Both the position numbers and the translations under genes were made by a program. Below, in pieces: positions 50,012-58,957 of a stretch of 64,000 nucleotides of DNA. The notes beneath the pieces were generated by a model. It was not told where the DNA came from, did not search any database, and worked only from the letters and a program-made list of their open reading frames with translations. How positions within the stretch are numbered: position 1 is the first letter of the stretch; each line of letters begins with the position of its first letter. The stretch spans positions 45,913-109,912 of the IMG/VR virus record IMGVR_UViG_3300027141_000003; one strand, given 5' to 3'. This DNA comes from a virus.

Positions 50012-51442
50012 TTATCCGACAATAACTACTCTGTATGCTCCAGCTGTTGGCTGTGCTGCAAATGTTAGAGTTGCTGTTGAAGTAGATGTTAGGTCAACAT
50101 CACATTCAACTTGATTATATGGTGCGGCTGTTGCAAAAACTTGTACCGTGACATCTCTAGTGCCTAAATTATGAGCGGCTATAAATGTAAATGGAGCGGC
50201 TTCTGTTGTTGTTATATTTGATGTATATTTTCTAGCAATTGAGTGATAGTTGGTTCCATCATTTGTAAGTCCCCAGGTTCCTGCAGACTGTAATGAACCA
50301 GCTGACTCTCTCCATAGGATTTCTGTGTCTGCAGATGTTCCACGCTCTACACGAATACCAGCATCTGCTACTGGGGCACCAGTAAAGTCGGTATTAAGAT
50401 TAATCTTATTATCAACAATATTTACCTGAGTAGTGTTTACTGAGTTAATTGTTCCAGTTACGTTTAAGTTACCGCCAACTGTAAGGTTATTAGTAATTGT
50501 TACATCATCTGGCAAGCCGATTGTAATTGCGGCTGTTTCTCCACCTGAACCAGATACTGTTACTTCATTTGCTGTTCCAGCAACTGTTGCAATGTATGCT
50601 CCAGTTGTATCTGTACCCAACTCAACAGAGTTTGGCTGAATTGTAGCTGCAAAACTTACGTTACCAAGATTTGTTACTGTTCCAGTACCTGTTACATCTC
50701 CTGTAAGAGTAATATTAAAATCATTTGTATCAAAATCAAGCTTACCGTTTGTGTCATCATATGAAACAGAAATTCCAGACTCTGTATTTGGCGCTGTGAC
50801 CATACCACCAACAATGTCTTGGACTCTTTCTGCATTTAATACTACGTTGCCTGATGTTACTGTAAAGTCTGTTGAGTCAAAACTTGCAACACCCTTGTTT
50901 GATGAAGTAGCATCTTCTGCTGATACGGTAATTGTGTTTTCTGTTACAGCAACATCAATTCCTTCTCCACCAGATACTTGTAATCCTTCTGTTAGTAATG
51001 AAATACCAGTTGTTCCAGTATCTCCATTAACTGTAAGTATTGTTGCTACACTTACTACACCTGCCGCAGTTAAGCGACCTTGGGCATCTACTGTAAATGT
51101 TGGAATTTGTGTTGTTGAACCATATGAACCAGCTGTTACAGCTGTGTTGTCCAAATCAATTGTTGTTGTTCCTGCTGGATCGCCATATGTTGATGTTAAA
51201 CCAACTCCGCCAACGATAGATGAACCAATAACATCTTGAATAACTTCTGTGGAGCCAGACATTGGCATCCATGGACCATTAGGTGATGCTAGTCCATTGT
51301 AGTAGTACATCGTGTTGTTCGATGTGTCATAGTAAATCTGTCCAGTTACAGGAGCTGAAGGTGCTGAGCTTAATCCCTGAATTCTGGCATTCTGAAGTTC
51401 ATTCTTATTCAGATTAATATCGGTTACAAATAATCTTGCCAT
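50012..51442 (-). CDS. fibre protein
   Basis: T/G/V-rich; LTVGGNLNVTGT, GIRVERG and HNLGTRDV motifs. Confidence 0.75.
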   Translation of the reverse strand: MARLFVTDINLNKNELQNARIQGLSSAPSAPVTGQIYYDTSNNTMYYYNGLASPNGPWMPMSGSTEVIQDVIGSSIVGGVGLTSTYGDPAGTTTIDLDNTAVTAGSYGSTTQIPTFTVDAQGRLTAAGVVSVATILTVNGDTGTTGISLLTEGLQVSGGEGIDVAVTENTITVSAEDATSSNKGVASFDSTDFTVTSGNVVLNAERVQDIVGGMVTAPNTESGISVSYDDTNGKLDFDTNDFNITLTGDVTGTGTVTNLGNVSFAATIQPNSVELGTDTTGAYIATVAGTANEVTVSGSGGETAAITIGLPDDVTITNNLTVGGNLNVTGTINSVNTTQVNIVDNKINLNTDFTGAPVADAGIRVERGTSADTEILWRESAGSLQSAGTWGLTNDGTNYHSIARKYTSNITTTEAAPFTFIAAHNLGTRDVTVQVFATAAPYNQVECDVDLTSTSTATLTFAAQPTAGAYRVVIVG

Positions 51443-51456
51443 ATGCTATATCTCCC

Positions 51457-51915
51457 TTAAGACAGGTATGCTGTCCCGCCGAATGGTTGAGCCATTGTCA
51501 GCGTAATTTTGTTAATACTATTATAATCTATTCCTGTTTCTAATATGTCCCCAGCACTATTTTTTACAGTAACATTTGGGTTATACCCCATATTATGTGT
51601 TATTTCAAGGTAGTGATAGGATCCAGCATTAATAACTTGGGAAATCGAGAATGGATAAGTCAGTGTGCTTGTGCTTAGTAGATAGTTTGTGGCTCCAGCC
51701 CATGATGCATCGTTTGGCTTTGGACCATAAAATCTAGTCGTTTGCTTGTCGTAATAAAAATCTCCTTCAAATCCTAGAATATCAGCAGGGGCACCATTGC
51801 CATTTAGAATCGTTTTACCACGAGGACCTTGTGGTCCAGGGGTATTCAAAACAAGCTTGTTTACCTGTTCTGTTACTATGACTGTTGGATTACTATTATT
51901 GTTGGTAATTGGCAT
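51457..51915 (-). CDS. fibre-module protein with short collagen-like stretch
   Basis: PGPQGPRG, GDFYYD...YGPK...W, ITHNMGYNP. Confidence 0.7.
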   Translation of the reverse strand: MPITNNNSNPTVIVTEQVNKLVLNTPGPQGPRGKTILNGNGAPADILGFEGDFYYDKQTTRFYGPKPNDASWAGATNYLLSTSTLTYPFSISQVINAGSYHYLEITHNMGYNPNVTVKNSAGDILETGIDYNSINKITLTMAQPFGGTAYLS

Positions 51916-52262
51916 TAAATGGTTACCGATCTACTCAAAGTGATGAAGCCTTCAAGCAACTTTGTTTTATTCAAATTGCTATCTGTCAACATAACATCGT
52001 ATGAGGATTTAGGATAAAATAATTTGTTTGTTTGGGTAGGGGTCATCTTAATTGTGATTTTGCCAAGGGCTTCGTCTATCAGTATTCCGCCTGCTGGGGA
52101 TGTAAGGCTAAAAGCTAATTTACTTCCGCCTTTAGTGTCACGAACCTGCATTTTTACAGAGCAGTTAGTAAGAGCAATTGCAACACCGTTATTGTCTTTA
52201 TATTCAACGGTAAATGTAAAAGTAGTGTTTTGATCTATTTCAAAATTCTTCTGGCTTGCCAT
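51915..52262 (-). CDS. fibre-module adaptor (BppU-N-like Ig fold)
   Basis: IDQNTTF, MQVR, YDV.L and LLEGFI pattern; first gene of the module. Confidence 0.6.
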   Translation of the reverse strand: MASQKNFEIDQNTTFTFTVEYKDNNGVAIALTNCSVKMQVRDTKGGSKLAFSLTSPAGGILIDEALGKITIKMTPTQTNKLFYPKSSYDVMLTDSNLNKTKLLEGFITLSRSVTI

Positions 52263-52335
52263 TTGCTAAATCTCCTAAATAGGAAAACTCCTATGCTTAT
52301 TTTAGCACAGGAGTCATCCTAATTACTTGTTAAAA

Positions 52336-52563
52336 TTACTTCTTGGTAAATCCAAAAGCTGGCTCGTTTGGATTAAGTGCCTTCAAAATAACTGGTAGAC
52401 AAGCTGCGATACCACCCTTAATTAAATCTCCTGGGTCAGTATTTCCAGTCATGTAAAGAGCAATGGCGGCACCTAAAAAGTGACGACCATAGCTTGCTAA
52501 CGCTGCTAGAATTTTTTCTTGCATTGTTACCTTTCCATCATTGTTAAGATCTTGCTTTGGCAT
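52336..52563 (-). CDS. holin-like small membrane protein with N-terminal EF-hand-like loop
   Basis: RBS AAGGAGG before ATG 52563; SYGRHFLGAA...LKALNP.E.AFG resembles actinophage holin-like proteins. Confidence 0.6.
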   Translation of the reverse strand: MPKQDLNNDGKVTMQEKILAALASYGRHFLGAAIALYMTGNTDPGDLIKGGIAACLPVILKALNPNEPAFGFTKK

Positions 52564-52634
52564 AAGATCCTCCTTATTTCTGGGCATTGTGCCCAGGAAT
52601 TTTGGGTTTTACCCCAATCTTTATTATATACCCT

Positions 52635-54569
52635 TTAGGCAGAAATGTCTACAAGCTCACAATTTCCGTCTGAACTGCATGCCAGGGTGGCATTGGTAGA
52701 TGTTCCATCTTCTGTTTCATAAAAAGATAAGTCTTCCCAACGAATTTCTTTAGGCATCTTGGCGACAAGGTTTTCGTATTCTTCTTTTGTTACTTCTTGA
52801 TATGGAGCTTGCTTATAAGAGTGATCTGAATGCGGCAAGAATGAGATACCAGAAACTTCATCAAAGTTCTTATATACCCAAGCTCCTACTTCCATCCATT
52901 CATCCTCTTTAACTGAAACTGTAATTGATGGCTTATGTTCACACCAAGCACGTTGGTAAACTAGCCAAATATTTAAATGCTCGATAGCTGTTAGGTCATT
53001 TCTAACGATTGCACCCTCTGGTGCTTTTACTGGAAATGAAAATACGTAAGTCTCGTTTGGCTTCATTACGTCATCCTCTACTGGAATTCCGACTTCCTTC
53101 AAAAAAGTAGAAATTGGATCTCCCTTAGAACCACGAACTGTGCGAATATAATATGGGGAATGCCATGCATGCATTCCTGAAGACACCCCGACCAATTGAG
53201 ATACTGTTCCTGATGGCTTTACGCATGTAATAGCGGCAGACTCTGGAATCCCAATTTTTTCAGCCTCATCTTTATTCTTTGCTCTTGCTGATTCTCTAAG
53301 AGTCATTAAAAATGCTTCTAGCGAAACCAGGTCTTCTTTGCCTGACATGAACTTATGTCCAAATTGTCCAGTAAGAGATACTCCTAGCAGACGTTCTTCT
53401 TCTGTATTGTCTTTCCAAATTTTGCGGAGATATTTAAAGTCTGTAAGCGTTGACTGCCATGTCCCAAGAATAGTAGCAAGCTCAACTTTACGTTCGATAT
53501 CTTTCTTTGTATCATTTTCACGCAGTACGACTTCTGAAAGGTTACAAAACTGGTAAGGACGTAGGATAATCTCTGAACAGGGGTTAGTTCCATAGTGTAT
53601 ATCTGGATCTCTTCTTCCATATTTGGCTGCTTGGGCTTGAGCTGCGGCCACATTGTATATACCTCGTTCTCCTGACTTTGAATCATATAGAGATTTCCAT
53701 TCTGCAATAAACTGCTCCATCTCTGGTTTGCGTGAATACGCAACAGAGTTATTAGATAGTGAACGCTGGGTATTATTCTCCCACCAGTTGCCAGATTTTG
53801 CTGCGGCCATTTCAATATCATTAATATTAGAAAGAGAAATCATAGCTGAGCGACGAACTCCTCCAACTACAACAACTTCACCAATCTTACACATAATGTC
53901 ATGTGCTTCAATAGGCTTTAGATTGCGTCCTGCTGCTGATTTAAATTTTGCAACAGTAAAATCAAATAGGTTAACTAATGGTTGTGGGCCAGATGATCTA
54001 CCACCCATTGTTTTAAGTCTTGCTCCTGCGGGACGTACCTTAGATACATCAATTGCTGGAATTTGTCCTGACCAAAGTAACGCAAGAAGTTCACGGTATG
54101 CTTTTGCCCAACCTTGTTTAGAATCTTCAACCACAATAACTGTTGTTGATTTTTCAAATGTTTCTGGAACGGCAGGAAGCTTATTAATATACTTATACTC
54201 AACAGAGAATCCTACACCTGTACCACACATAAGAATATACATGGTTTCATCAAATGATCTTGGGTTATCTACTGGAACAAATGAGCAATTGTATCCAGCA
54301 ACATGATCTCTATCTAATGCAGCACCTGCAGTCATGACCGATCTCATTGATGGCATAACATTTCTGTTAAAGACTGCAGACTTTAACTCTTCAATTAATT
54401 TTGATTCTGGTTCATACGAGTGTTCTTTAAAAAGATGGTTTAACATAAAGTCAAAATATCTATCTACTGTTTCCCCCCAAGTCTCACGACGATTTTCTTC
54501 TGGAATCCATCTTGCATAACGAGACAATGCAATAAAATTTTCGTATGGGTTTTCAATAGTTTTTGACAT
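52635..54569 (-). CDS. nrdJ: class II (adenosylcobalamin-dependent) ribonucleotide reductase
   Basis: YNCSF, GGVRRSA, TNPCSEI, CNLSEV, TCVKPSGT and C-terminal CSSDGNC; no small-subunit gene adjacent. Confidence 0.92.
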   Translation of the reverse strand: MSKTIENPYENFIALSRYARWIPEENRRETWGETVDRYFDFMLNHLFKEHSYEPESKLIEELKSAVFNRNVMPSMRSVMTAGAALDRDHVAGYNCSFVPVDNPRSFDETMYILMCGTGVGFSVEYKYINKLPAVPETFEKSTTVIVVEDSKQGWAKAYRELLALLWSGQIPAIDVSKVRPAGARLKTMGGRSSGPQPLVNLFDFTVAKFKSAAGRNLKPIEAHDIMCKIGEVVVVGGVRRSAMISLSNINDIEMAAAKSGNWWENNTQRSLSNNSVAYSRKPEMEQFIAEWKSLYDSKSGERGIYNVAAAQAQAAKYGRRDPDIHYGTNPCSEIILRPYQFCNLSEVVLRENDTKKDIERKVELATILGTWQSTLTDFKYLRKIWKDNTEEERLLGVSLTGQFGHKFMSGKEDLVSLEAFLMTLRESARAKNKDEAEKIGIPESAAITCVKPSGTVSQLVGVSSGMHAWHSPYYIRTVRGSKGDPISTFLKEVGIPVEDDVMKPNETYVFSFPVKAPEGAIVRNDLTAIEHLNIWLVYQRAWCEHKPSITVSVKEDEWMEVGAWVYKNFDEVSGISFLPHSDHSYKQAPYQEVTKEEYENLVAKMPKEIRWEDLSFYETEDGTSTNATLACSSDGNCELVDISA

Positions 54570-54657
54570 TTTTAAGTAACACCTTTTCTCCGCCTTGCGG
54601 TTGCATGATTTTTAGTTGAAGTCTAATTCTACCAAATATTAATTCAAAGGGGAAGGG

Positions 54658-55653
54658 CTACAGAAACTTTTTGTCTAAATGATCAAATGCATTCTTGGTC
54701 AACTTAATCCAATTGTATTGTTCATGTATTCTAGGAGACTGGGCAAAGTAGTATCCTGAATATGCTTTAAAATTAATAACTGAATCGTACATCAAGTCTT
54801 CTAAATGTTTTGCATTTGGCTTAAACATTTTACCAATATGTGGATCTCCTACTGCTTTTGGAAGAGTCTCATCTGTAAGGTTAGACTTTAGGGCTAATGG
54901 ACCAATAAACTCTTTGTATTCCGCCCACGGATAAGTTGTTATAGTGGGCATTCCTGATGCAAGAGCCTGGAGCGGTATGAATCCAAAACCTTCTCCCCAA
55001 GTTGGATACACAAGAACGTGGTGGCTGTGATAAAGCATTACTAGCTGATCAATGTCATACTCTTCCGTAATAATTTTTACGTTGCTATAAACATCTGACG
55101 GCGAAACAAGTTGTTCTTTATCGTTGTAAACTCTAATTGAAGTAGTTAAGTGTGCTTTAATTGTTAAATGATATTTTGGATTATTGCCAAACATTTTAAC
55201 AAAAGTATCTAAAACTAATTGCCCATCTTTTCTGGGAGAAGGCTCCCCAATATGCAAAAATTTAAACACATCTTTAACAACTCTTTTACGTGGCGCCCAA
55301 ACATCTTGGATACCGTGTGGATAAACCATTATGTCTTTGTTGACGCCATTTTCTTTAAATATTTTTGAGTTCCATGTTGAAGTTGCCCAAACTTCGTCAC
55401 ACAAATTAAATCTATCTACCCATTCTGGCCGCATGCCAGTTGATTCCCAGGGAGTATATCCTATTTGATATTGGTTTTTATGCAGCTTATATAAATGAGG
55501 TTGAGTAAAGTTTATTTGTATTGGAGCTTTTGAATTTGACCACTTTACAGTATGTCCTAATTCTTGTAATGATTTAACTATATGTTGAGATGCATATCCA
55601 AAGCCAACTGCTGGATTTAATCCTGATTTTGGTGTATAAAAAGATATATCCAT
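54658..55653 (-). CDS. GT4-family glycosyltransferase
   Basis: PWES, HG, RKDG and GEGFGFIPLQALASGMPTI (EGFG-x-P-x-[E/Q]A motif). Confidence 0.88.
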   Translation of the reverse strand: MDISFYTPKSGLNPAVGFGYASQHIVKSLQELGHTVKWSNSKAPIQINFTQPHLYKLHKNQYQIGYTPWESTGMRPEWVDRFNLCDEVWATSTWNSKIFKENGVNKDIMVYPHGIQDVWAPRKRVVKDVFKFLHIGEPSPRKDGQLVLDTFVKMFGNNPKYHLTIKAHLTTSIRVYNDKEQLVSPSDVYSNVKIITEEYDIDQLVMLYHSHHVLVYPTWGEGFGFIPLQALASGMPTITTYPWAEYKEFIGPLALKSNLTDETLPKAVGDPHIGKMFKPNAKHLEDLMYDSVINFKAYSGYYFAQSPRIHEQYNWIKLTKNAFDHLDKKFL

Positions 55654-55738
55654 GTTTTCTTTCTGGTTGACTGGCTTGACAGGCTTATCCTATCAATGCT
55701 ACTATTATAGTTCGTTATCTCTAGAGGAGGAAATGCCA

Positions 55739-56299
55739 ATGGAGAAAATCAAAGAGCGTTTGAGCGATGTTGCTCATAACTGGTCTTACATAGTAATGAT
55801 AACATTATTTATGTTTACAGTCCAGCCTGGGCCAACAACAAGTCAAGCGTTAACAACATTACCTGTAGAGGTAATAAAAACCGAAAAACAACTAAAAAGA
55901 GAAATACTAGATAAGTTCAGTAATGATACTTATAAGCATTCAGAAATGCTTGCAGCCTCAGATTTAAAAGATTTATTATGGGCTGTAGGATTTGAAGGAA
56001 TTGCTTTAAAAACAGCTTGGGCTGTTGCTCGTGTAGAGTCTAACGGGAGACCGCTAGCTTTAAATGACGACACCAGGACTGGAGATAAATCTTACGGGAT
56101 TTTTCAGATCAATATGTTGGGAAACCTAGGTATGGATCGTAAAGAAAAATTCGAATTAGTTTCAAATAAGGAATTATTTGATCCAGTAACAAACGCAGAG
56201 ATAACGTATTATATGACCAAAGGCGGAAAAGATTGGTCATCTTGGCCAAACTCAATCGGTAAAGCCAGGAACCTCATATCAGAGTTTCCAAAAGATTAA
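55739..56299 (+). CDS. membrane-anchored/secreted lytic transglycosylase (lysozyme-like fold)
   Basis: RBS GGAGG 8 nt before ATG 55739. Hydrophobic N-terminal segment, then AVARVESNG (catalytic Glu), SYGIFQIN, LFDPVTNA and DWSSW. Confidence 0.82.
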   Translation: MEKIKERLSDVAHNWSYIVMITLFMFTVQPGPTTSQALTTLPVEVIKTEKQLKREILDKFSNDTYKHSEMLAASDLKDLLWAVGFEGIALKTAWAVARVESNGRPLALNDDTRTGDKSYGIFQINMLGNLGMDRKEKFELVSNKELFDPVTNAEITYYMTKGGKDWSSWPNSIGKARNLISEFPKD

Positions 56300-56310
56300 A
56301 AGGAGATGGG

Positions 56311-56520
56311 TTGCAAAAGATTCAAATTGTTTCTAAGTACCTAACTCTAGCAGAGGAAGGCCTTGTTCCTAGGATTAATTGTCCAATGGATCAGGGCCTT
56401 CTTATGCCTAACCTATCAAACGAAGATGAGATATACTTATATTGCCTTTCATGTGATTACAAGAAAACTATTGGAACGGAATATTATGGAAAACTTAAAG
56501 AGCACGTCGATAGAAACTGA
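56311..56520 (+). CDS. small zinc-ribbon protein
   Basis: CPMD...CLSC; RBS AAGGAG before TTG. Confidence 0.65.
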   Translation: MQKIQIVSKYLTLAEEGLVPRINCPMDQGLLMPNLSNEDEIYLYCLSCDYKKTIGTEYYGKLKEHVDRN

Positions 56521-56596
56521 CGGAGGTCAGATAGTAGAAACTGACCAAATGGGTCGAGAGAAATTCTGGGAAGATCTAGGCAGGCCTAATGACTGA
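56486..56596 (+). CDS. small hypothetical protein
   Basis: MENLKST...EKFWEDLGRPND; overlaps both neighbours. Confidence 0.45.
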   Translation: MENLKSTSIETDGGQIVETDQMGREKFWEDLGRPND

Positions 56597-56801
56597 GGAT
56601 AATCAGCCACAAAATTTAGAAGACAACCTTCCAATGGTTAATTATATTATGCTACATAGAATATATGATTTACTCACTATAATATCTAATAAATTAGTGG
56701 GTAGCGAAGATACACGAAAAATGATACAATATCATGAACAGGGGTTCCTACTTGGGCCCACCCCTTCTTATTCAGTTGAGGAAAATAAAGATGGCGAATA
56801 A
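56589..56801 (+). CDS. hypothetical protein
   Basis: 70 aa, coupled to its neighbours. Confidence 0.65.
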   Translation: MTEDNQPQNLEDNLPMVNYIMLHRIYDLLTIISNKLVGSEDTRKMIQYHEQGFLLGPTPSYSVEENKDGE

Positions 56802-56988
56802 AAACGCAATTGTAGAAATTATGGTAGAACAACTTAATATTCAACAGCGTCAGTCGGCAGTAATGCAGAAGCAAGACCTTGTGGAGCTAGAAAAGCACCT
56901 TCTGTCAGTTCAAGAAGGATACCGACAAATGTGTGGCGGAATGGTAGATGCTTTAATTGCTCGTGGGGCTATTTCTGTAGATCAATAA
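56791..56988 (+). CDS. hypothetical protein
   Basis: Likely start MANKNAI after a GAGG RBS. Confidence 0.6.
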   Translation: MANKNAIVEIMVEQLNIQQRQSAVMQKQDLVELEKHLLSVQEGYRQMCGGMVDALIARGAISVDQ

Positions 56989-57026
56989 ATCTTGAATTAG
57001 TATACTCTTAGGAGTATACTAATTTT

Positions 57027-57194
57027 ATGTCACCACATGAATTTTCTAAGCAGATGAAAAACCCTTACTTTCAATCAAAGTACTATAGGGAAGAATCCCC
57101 TGCTGGGCTAGCGGAAGCCAGAATAGAAGCACGTATAGAAAAAATTTTCTATAAGATATTCTTTTGGAAAAAAAGGAAAGATGCTAAATTTTAA
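57027..57194 (+). CDS. 55-aa hypothetical protein (not in ORF track), leaderless
   Basis: TTGAAT-17-TATACT-6nt-ATG; MSPHEFSKQMKNPYF...FFWKKRKDAKF*; overlaps the next start. Confidence 0.55.
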   Translation: MSPHEFSKQMKNPYFQSKYYREESPAGLAEARIEARIEKIFYKIFFWKKRKDAKF

Positions 57195-57735
57195 CAACAA
57201 CTTAAATATTGAAAAGCTTCACGAAAAAGAAATATGGGTTTATAGAAATTTTTTAAGCAAGGAAGAAGTATCTGGTCTTTATGAGGTATGCAAAAGCTTA
57301 AAGGAAGATGCTTGGCACGGTGAAGGCGGATCTGAAAATACAATTAACTTTTACAATGGAAGAGTCACCGAAGTAATTCCAGAACTGCGATTTGTAAGAG
57401 AAAGAATTGCATCCATTGTGCAAGGATATAACGTAACGCCTTCAGAAACGTTTGTAAGAATGTTTGAAAAAGACACAATGCATGAACACGAAGATAGTTG
57501 TGGCGAAGAAGGAACTAATGACAGAGATGACAATGGTACTTGTGCTATTACAAAATACGGGTGTGTTGTTTACATGAATGATGATTTTGAAGGCGGAGAA
57601 TTGTATTACCCCGACCTTGATCTGTCATACACTCCATCAGCTGGAGATCTAGTAATCCATGGCTCAAGAATTACACATGGGGTTGCTGAAGTTAAATCTG
57701 GGATAAGATACGTCTATCCAAGCTTTTTATACTAA
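57181..57735 (+). CDS. 2OG-Fe(II) dioxygenase, prolyl 4-hydroxylase-like
   Basis: NFLSKEE, HED...YMNDDFEGGELYYP...HGV...RY. Confidence 0.88.
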   Translation: MLNFNNNLNIEKLHEKEIWVYRNFLSKEEVSGLYEVCKSLKEDAWHGEGGSENTINFYNGRVTEVIPELRFVRERIASIVQGYNVTPSETFVRMFEKDTMHEHEDSCGEEGTNDRDDNGTCAITKYGCVVYMNDDFEGGELYYPDLDLSYTPSAGDLVIHGSRITHGVAEVKSGIRYVYPSFLY

Positions 57736-57746
57736 AGGGATTAATA

Positions 57747-57947
57747 ATGAATAATCTTCAGGCTATTGATGTTATTGAGTCTTATTTAAACAAATGCCTT
57801 AATGTTAAAGACGGTAGGTGCAATTTAACTTGGAAACATGAAGACTGTAAAGTCCTCATGGATATCTTGTATGAATTAACTGAAAATGATAAATATAAAG
57901 AAACGTCTTGGGAATTTGACCAAAAGCAAACAACTATTTGGGATTAA
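57747..57947 (+). CDS. hypothetical protein
   Basis: 66 aa; RBS AAGGGA; C..C..H..C residues. Confidence 0.6.
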   Translation: MNNLQAIDVIESYLNKCLNVKDGRCNLTWKHEDCKVLMDILYELTENDKYKETSWEFDQKQTTIWD

Positions 57948-57950
57948 GTA

Positions 57951-57979
57951 TTGACTTTGAATATATATCATTTTATACT
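57951..57979 (+). promoter_or_regulatory. sigma70-type promoter with no downstream ORF
   Basis: TTGACT-17nt-TATACT. Confidence 0.7.
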
Positions 57980-57985
57980 TCATAT

Positions 57986-58086
57986 GTACTGGTTGTAGCA
58001 TCCCACAGATTAAGCTCCCAGTATAACGTGTAGCAATACACTAGGAAACCCCATTTGGATCCGCCTCCGAATGGGGGTTTTTCTTT
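57986..58086 (+). ncRNA. candidate structured small RNA
   Basis: Own promoter; P1 GTACTGG/CCAGTAT; GTGTA-GCAA-TACAC GNRA hairpin; ends in terminator CCCCATTTGGA/TCCGAATGGGG plus a T-run. Confidence 0.55.
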
Positions 58087-58087
58087 G

Positions 58088-58159
58088 TATCCCTAGAGAG
58101 ATTCGAACTCCCGACACACAGGGTAGAAACCTGTTGCTCTTCCGCTGAGCTATAGAGAT
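58088..58159 (-). tRNA. tRNA-Arg (anticodon UCU), CCA not encoded
   Basis: Acceptor ATCTCTA/TAGGGAT, D-arm AGCTCAG, anticodon arm ACAGG-TTTCTAC-CCTGT, T-loop GTTCGAATC. Confidence 0.92.
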
Positions 58160-58246
58160 ATAAATTAAATTATATCTTATTCCGTAGTAATATACAATGG
58201 GCATTGAGGGGTCTAGCACGTAATTAAAATATGGTAGAATTGATGT

Positions 58247-58957
58247 ATGTTCTCAGATAATCCAAATATAATTAAGTACGCTGACGAAGTGTATCTGTAT
58301 AAAAACTTTATATCTAAAGAAGATGTTGCATACATCAATTCCTTGATGGAACCACATAGAAAAAAAGAAAAAGCATTTTCTACGGACGTTAACACCATAG
58401 ATTGGTATAACGACAAAGAGGGTCCTCAGATGCCAGAGCTTACAAGAATCTGGGACCAAGTATCTGAATTTTTAGCTCCAGAGTTTGTAATACACCCACA
58501 GCAAAATCTTGCTGTAATGGAACCAGGAGATAAGGGAATGTTTGTCCACAATGATAATCCTGGCGAAGGAATGGACGACTTACTAACCCAGGAAGACAGA
58601 TGGCACACATGCTGTGTTTTATCCTATGGTGTTTGTGTATACTTTGGAGAGTTCGAAGGCGGAGAATTATTTTATCCACACATTCAGTCAGATGGAAAAC
58701 TTGCAACAGAAGAACATATAGATGACTACCTAGTAGTACCAGTTCAACCAGGGGATCTTGCAATCCACTGGGCTCAATCTCCTTACGAGCACGGAACAAA
58801 AGAAGTAACTTCTGGTATCAGATATGTTTACAGTAACTTTTCGCTAAGAGCAGAAAAAAATCCAGGAACTTTCCCAGCATGGGGAACTCAAGAAGACTTA
58901 GATAGAAAAGCTAACGGAACGTGGATGAATGTTATCTGCGACAAGCATAAACACTAA
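58247..58957 (+). CDS. 2OG-Fe(II) dioxygenase, prolyl 4-hydroxylase-like
   Basis: HND...YFGEFEGGELFYP...HG...RY; leaderless (TGGTAGAAT 6 nt before ATG). Confidence 0.87.
   Translation: MFSDNPNIIKYADEVYLYKNFISKEDVAYINSLMEPHRKKEKAFSTDVNTIDWYNDKEGPQMPELTRIWDQVSEFLAPEFVIHPQQNLAVMEPGDKGMFVHNDNPGEGMDDLLTQEDRWHTCCVLSYGVCVYFGEFEGGELFYPHIQSDGKLATEEHIDDYLVVPVQPGDLAIHWAQSPYEHGTKEVTSGIRYVYSNFSLRAEKNPGTFPAWGTQEDLDRKANGTWMNVICDKHKH

Noticed and set aside
52280-52321. Long imperfect hairpin between the holin-like gene and the fibre operon
   Set aside because: Adequately explained as a terminator overlapping a TGCTAAAAT promoter; nothing further supportable.
5689-54519. Numerous plus-strand ORFs antisense to structural genes and RNR (e.g. 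48019..48999, 53653..54306, 29839..30417)
   Set aside because: Antisense shadows caused by codon bias of the real minus-strand genes; no recognisable motifs or RBS.
54570-54657. Cobalamin riboswitch or NrdR box upstream of nrdJ
   Set aside because: The leader is too short for a riboswitch and no convincing NrdR box is visible.
57986-58087. HDV-like (theta) ribozyme 3' of tRNA-Arg on the minus strand
   Set aside because: I could not build the nested double pseudoknot; the sequence is better explained as a terminator plus a plus-strand sRNA.
58010-58219. 69-aa minus-strand ORF, and the track start at 59535
   Set aside because: They overlap tRNA-Arg/terminator and tRNA-Asn respectively.
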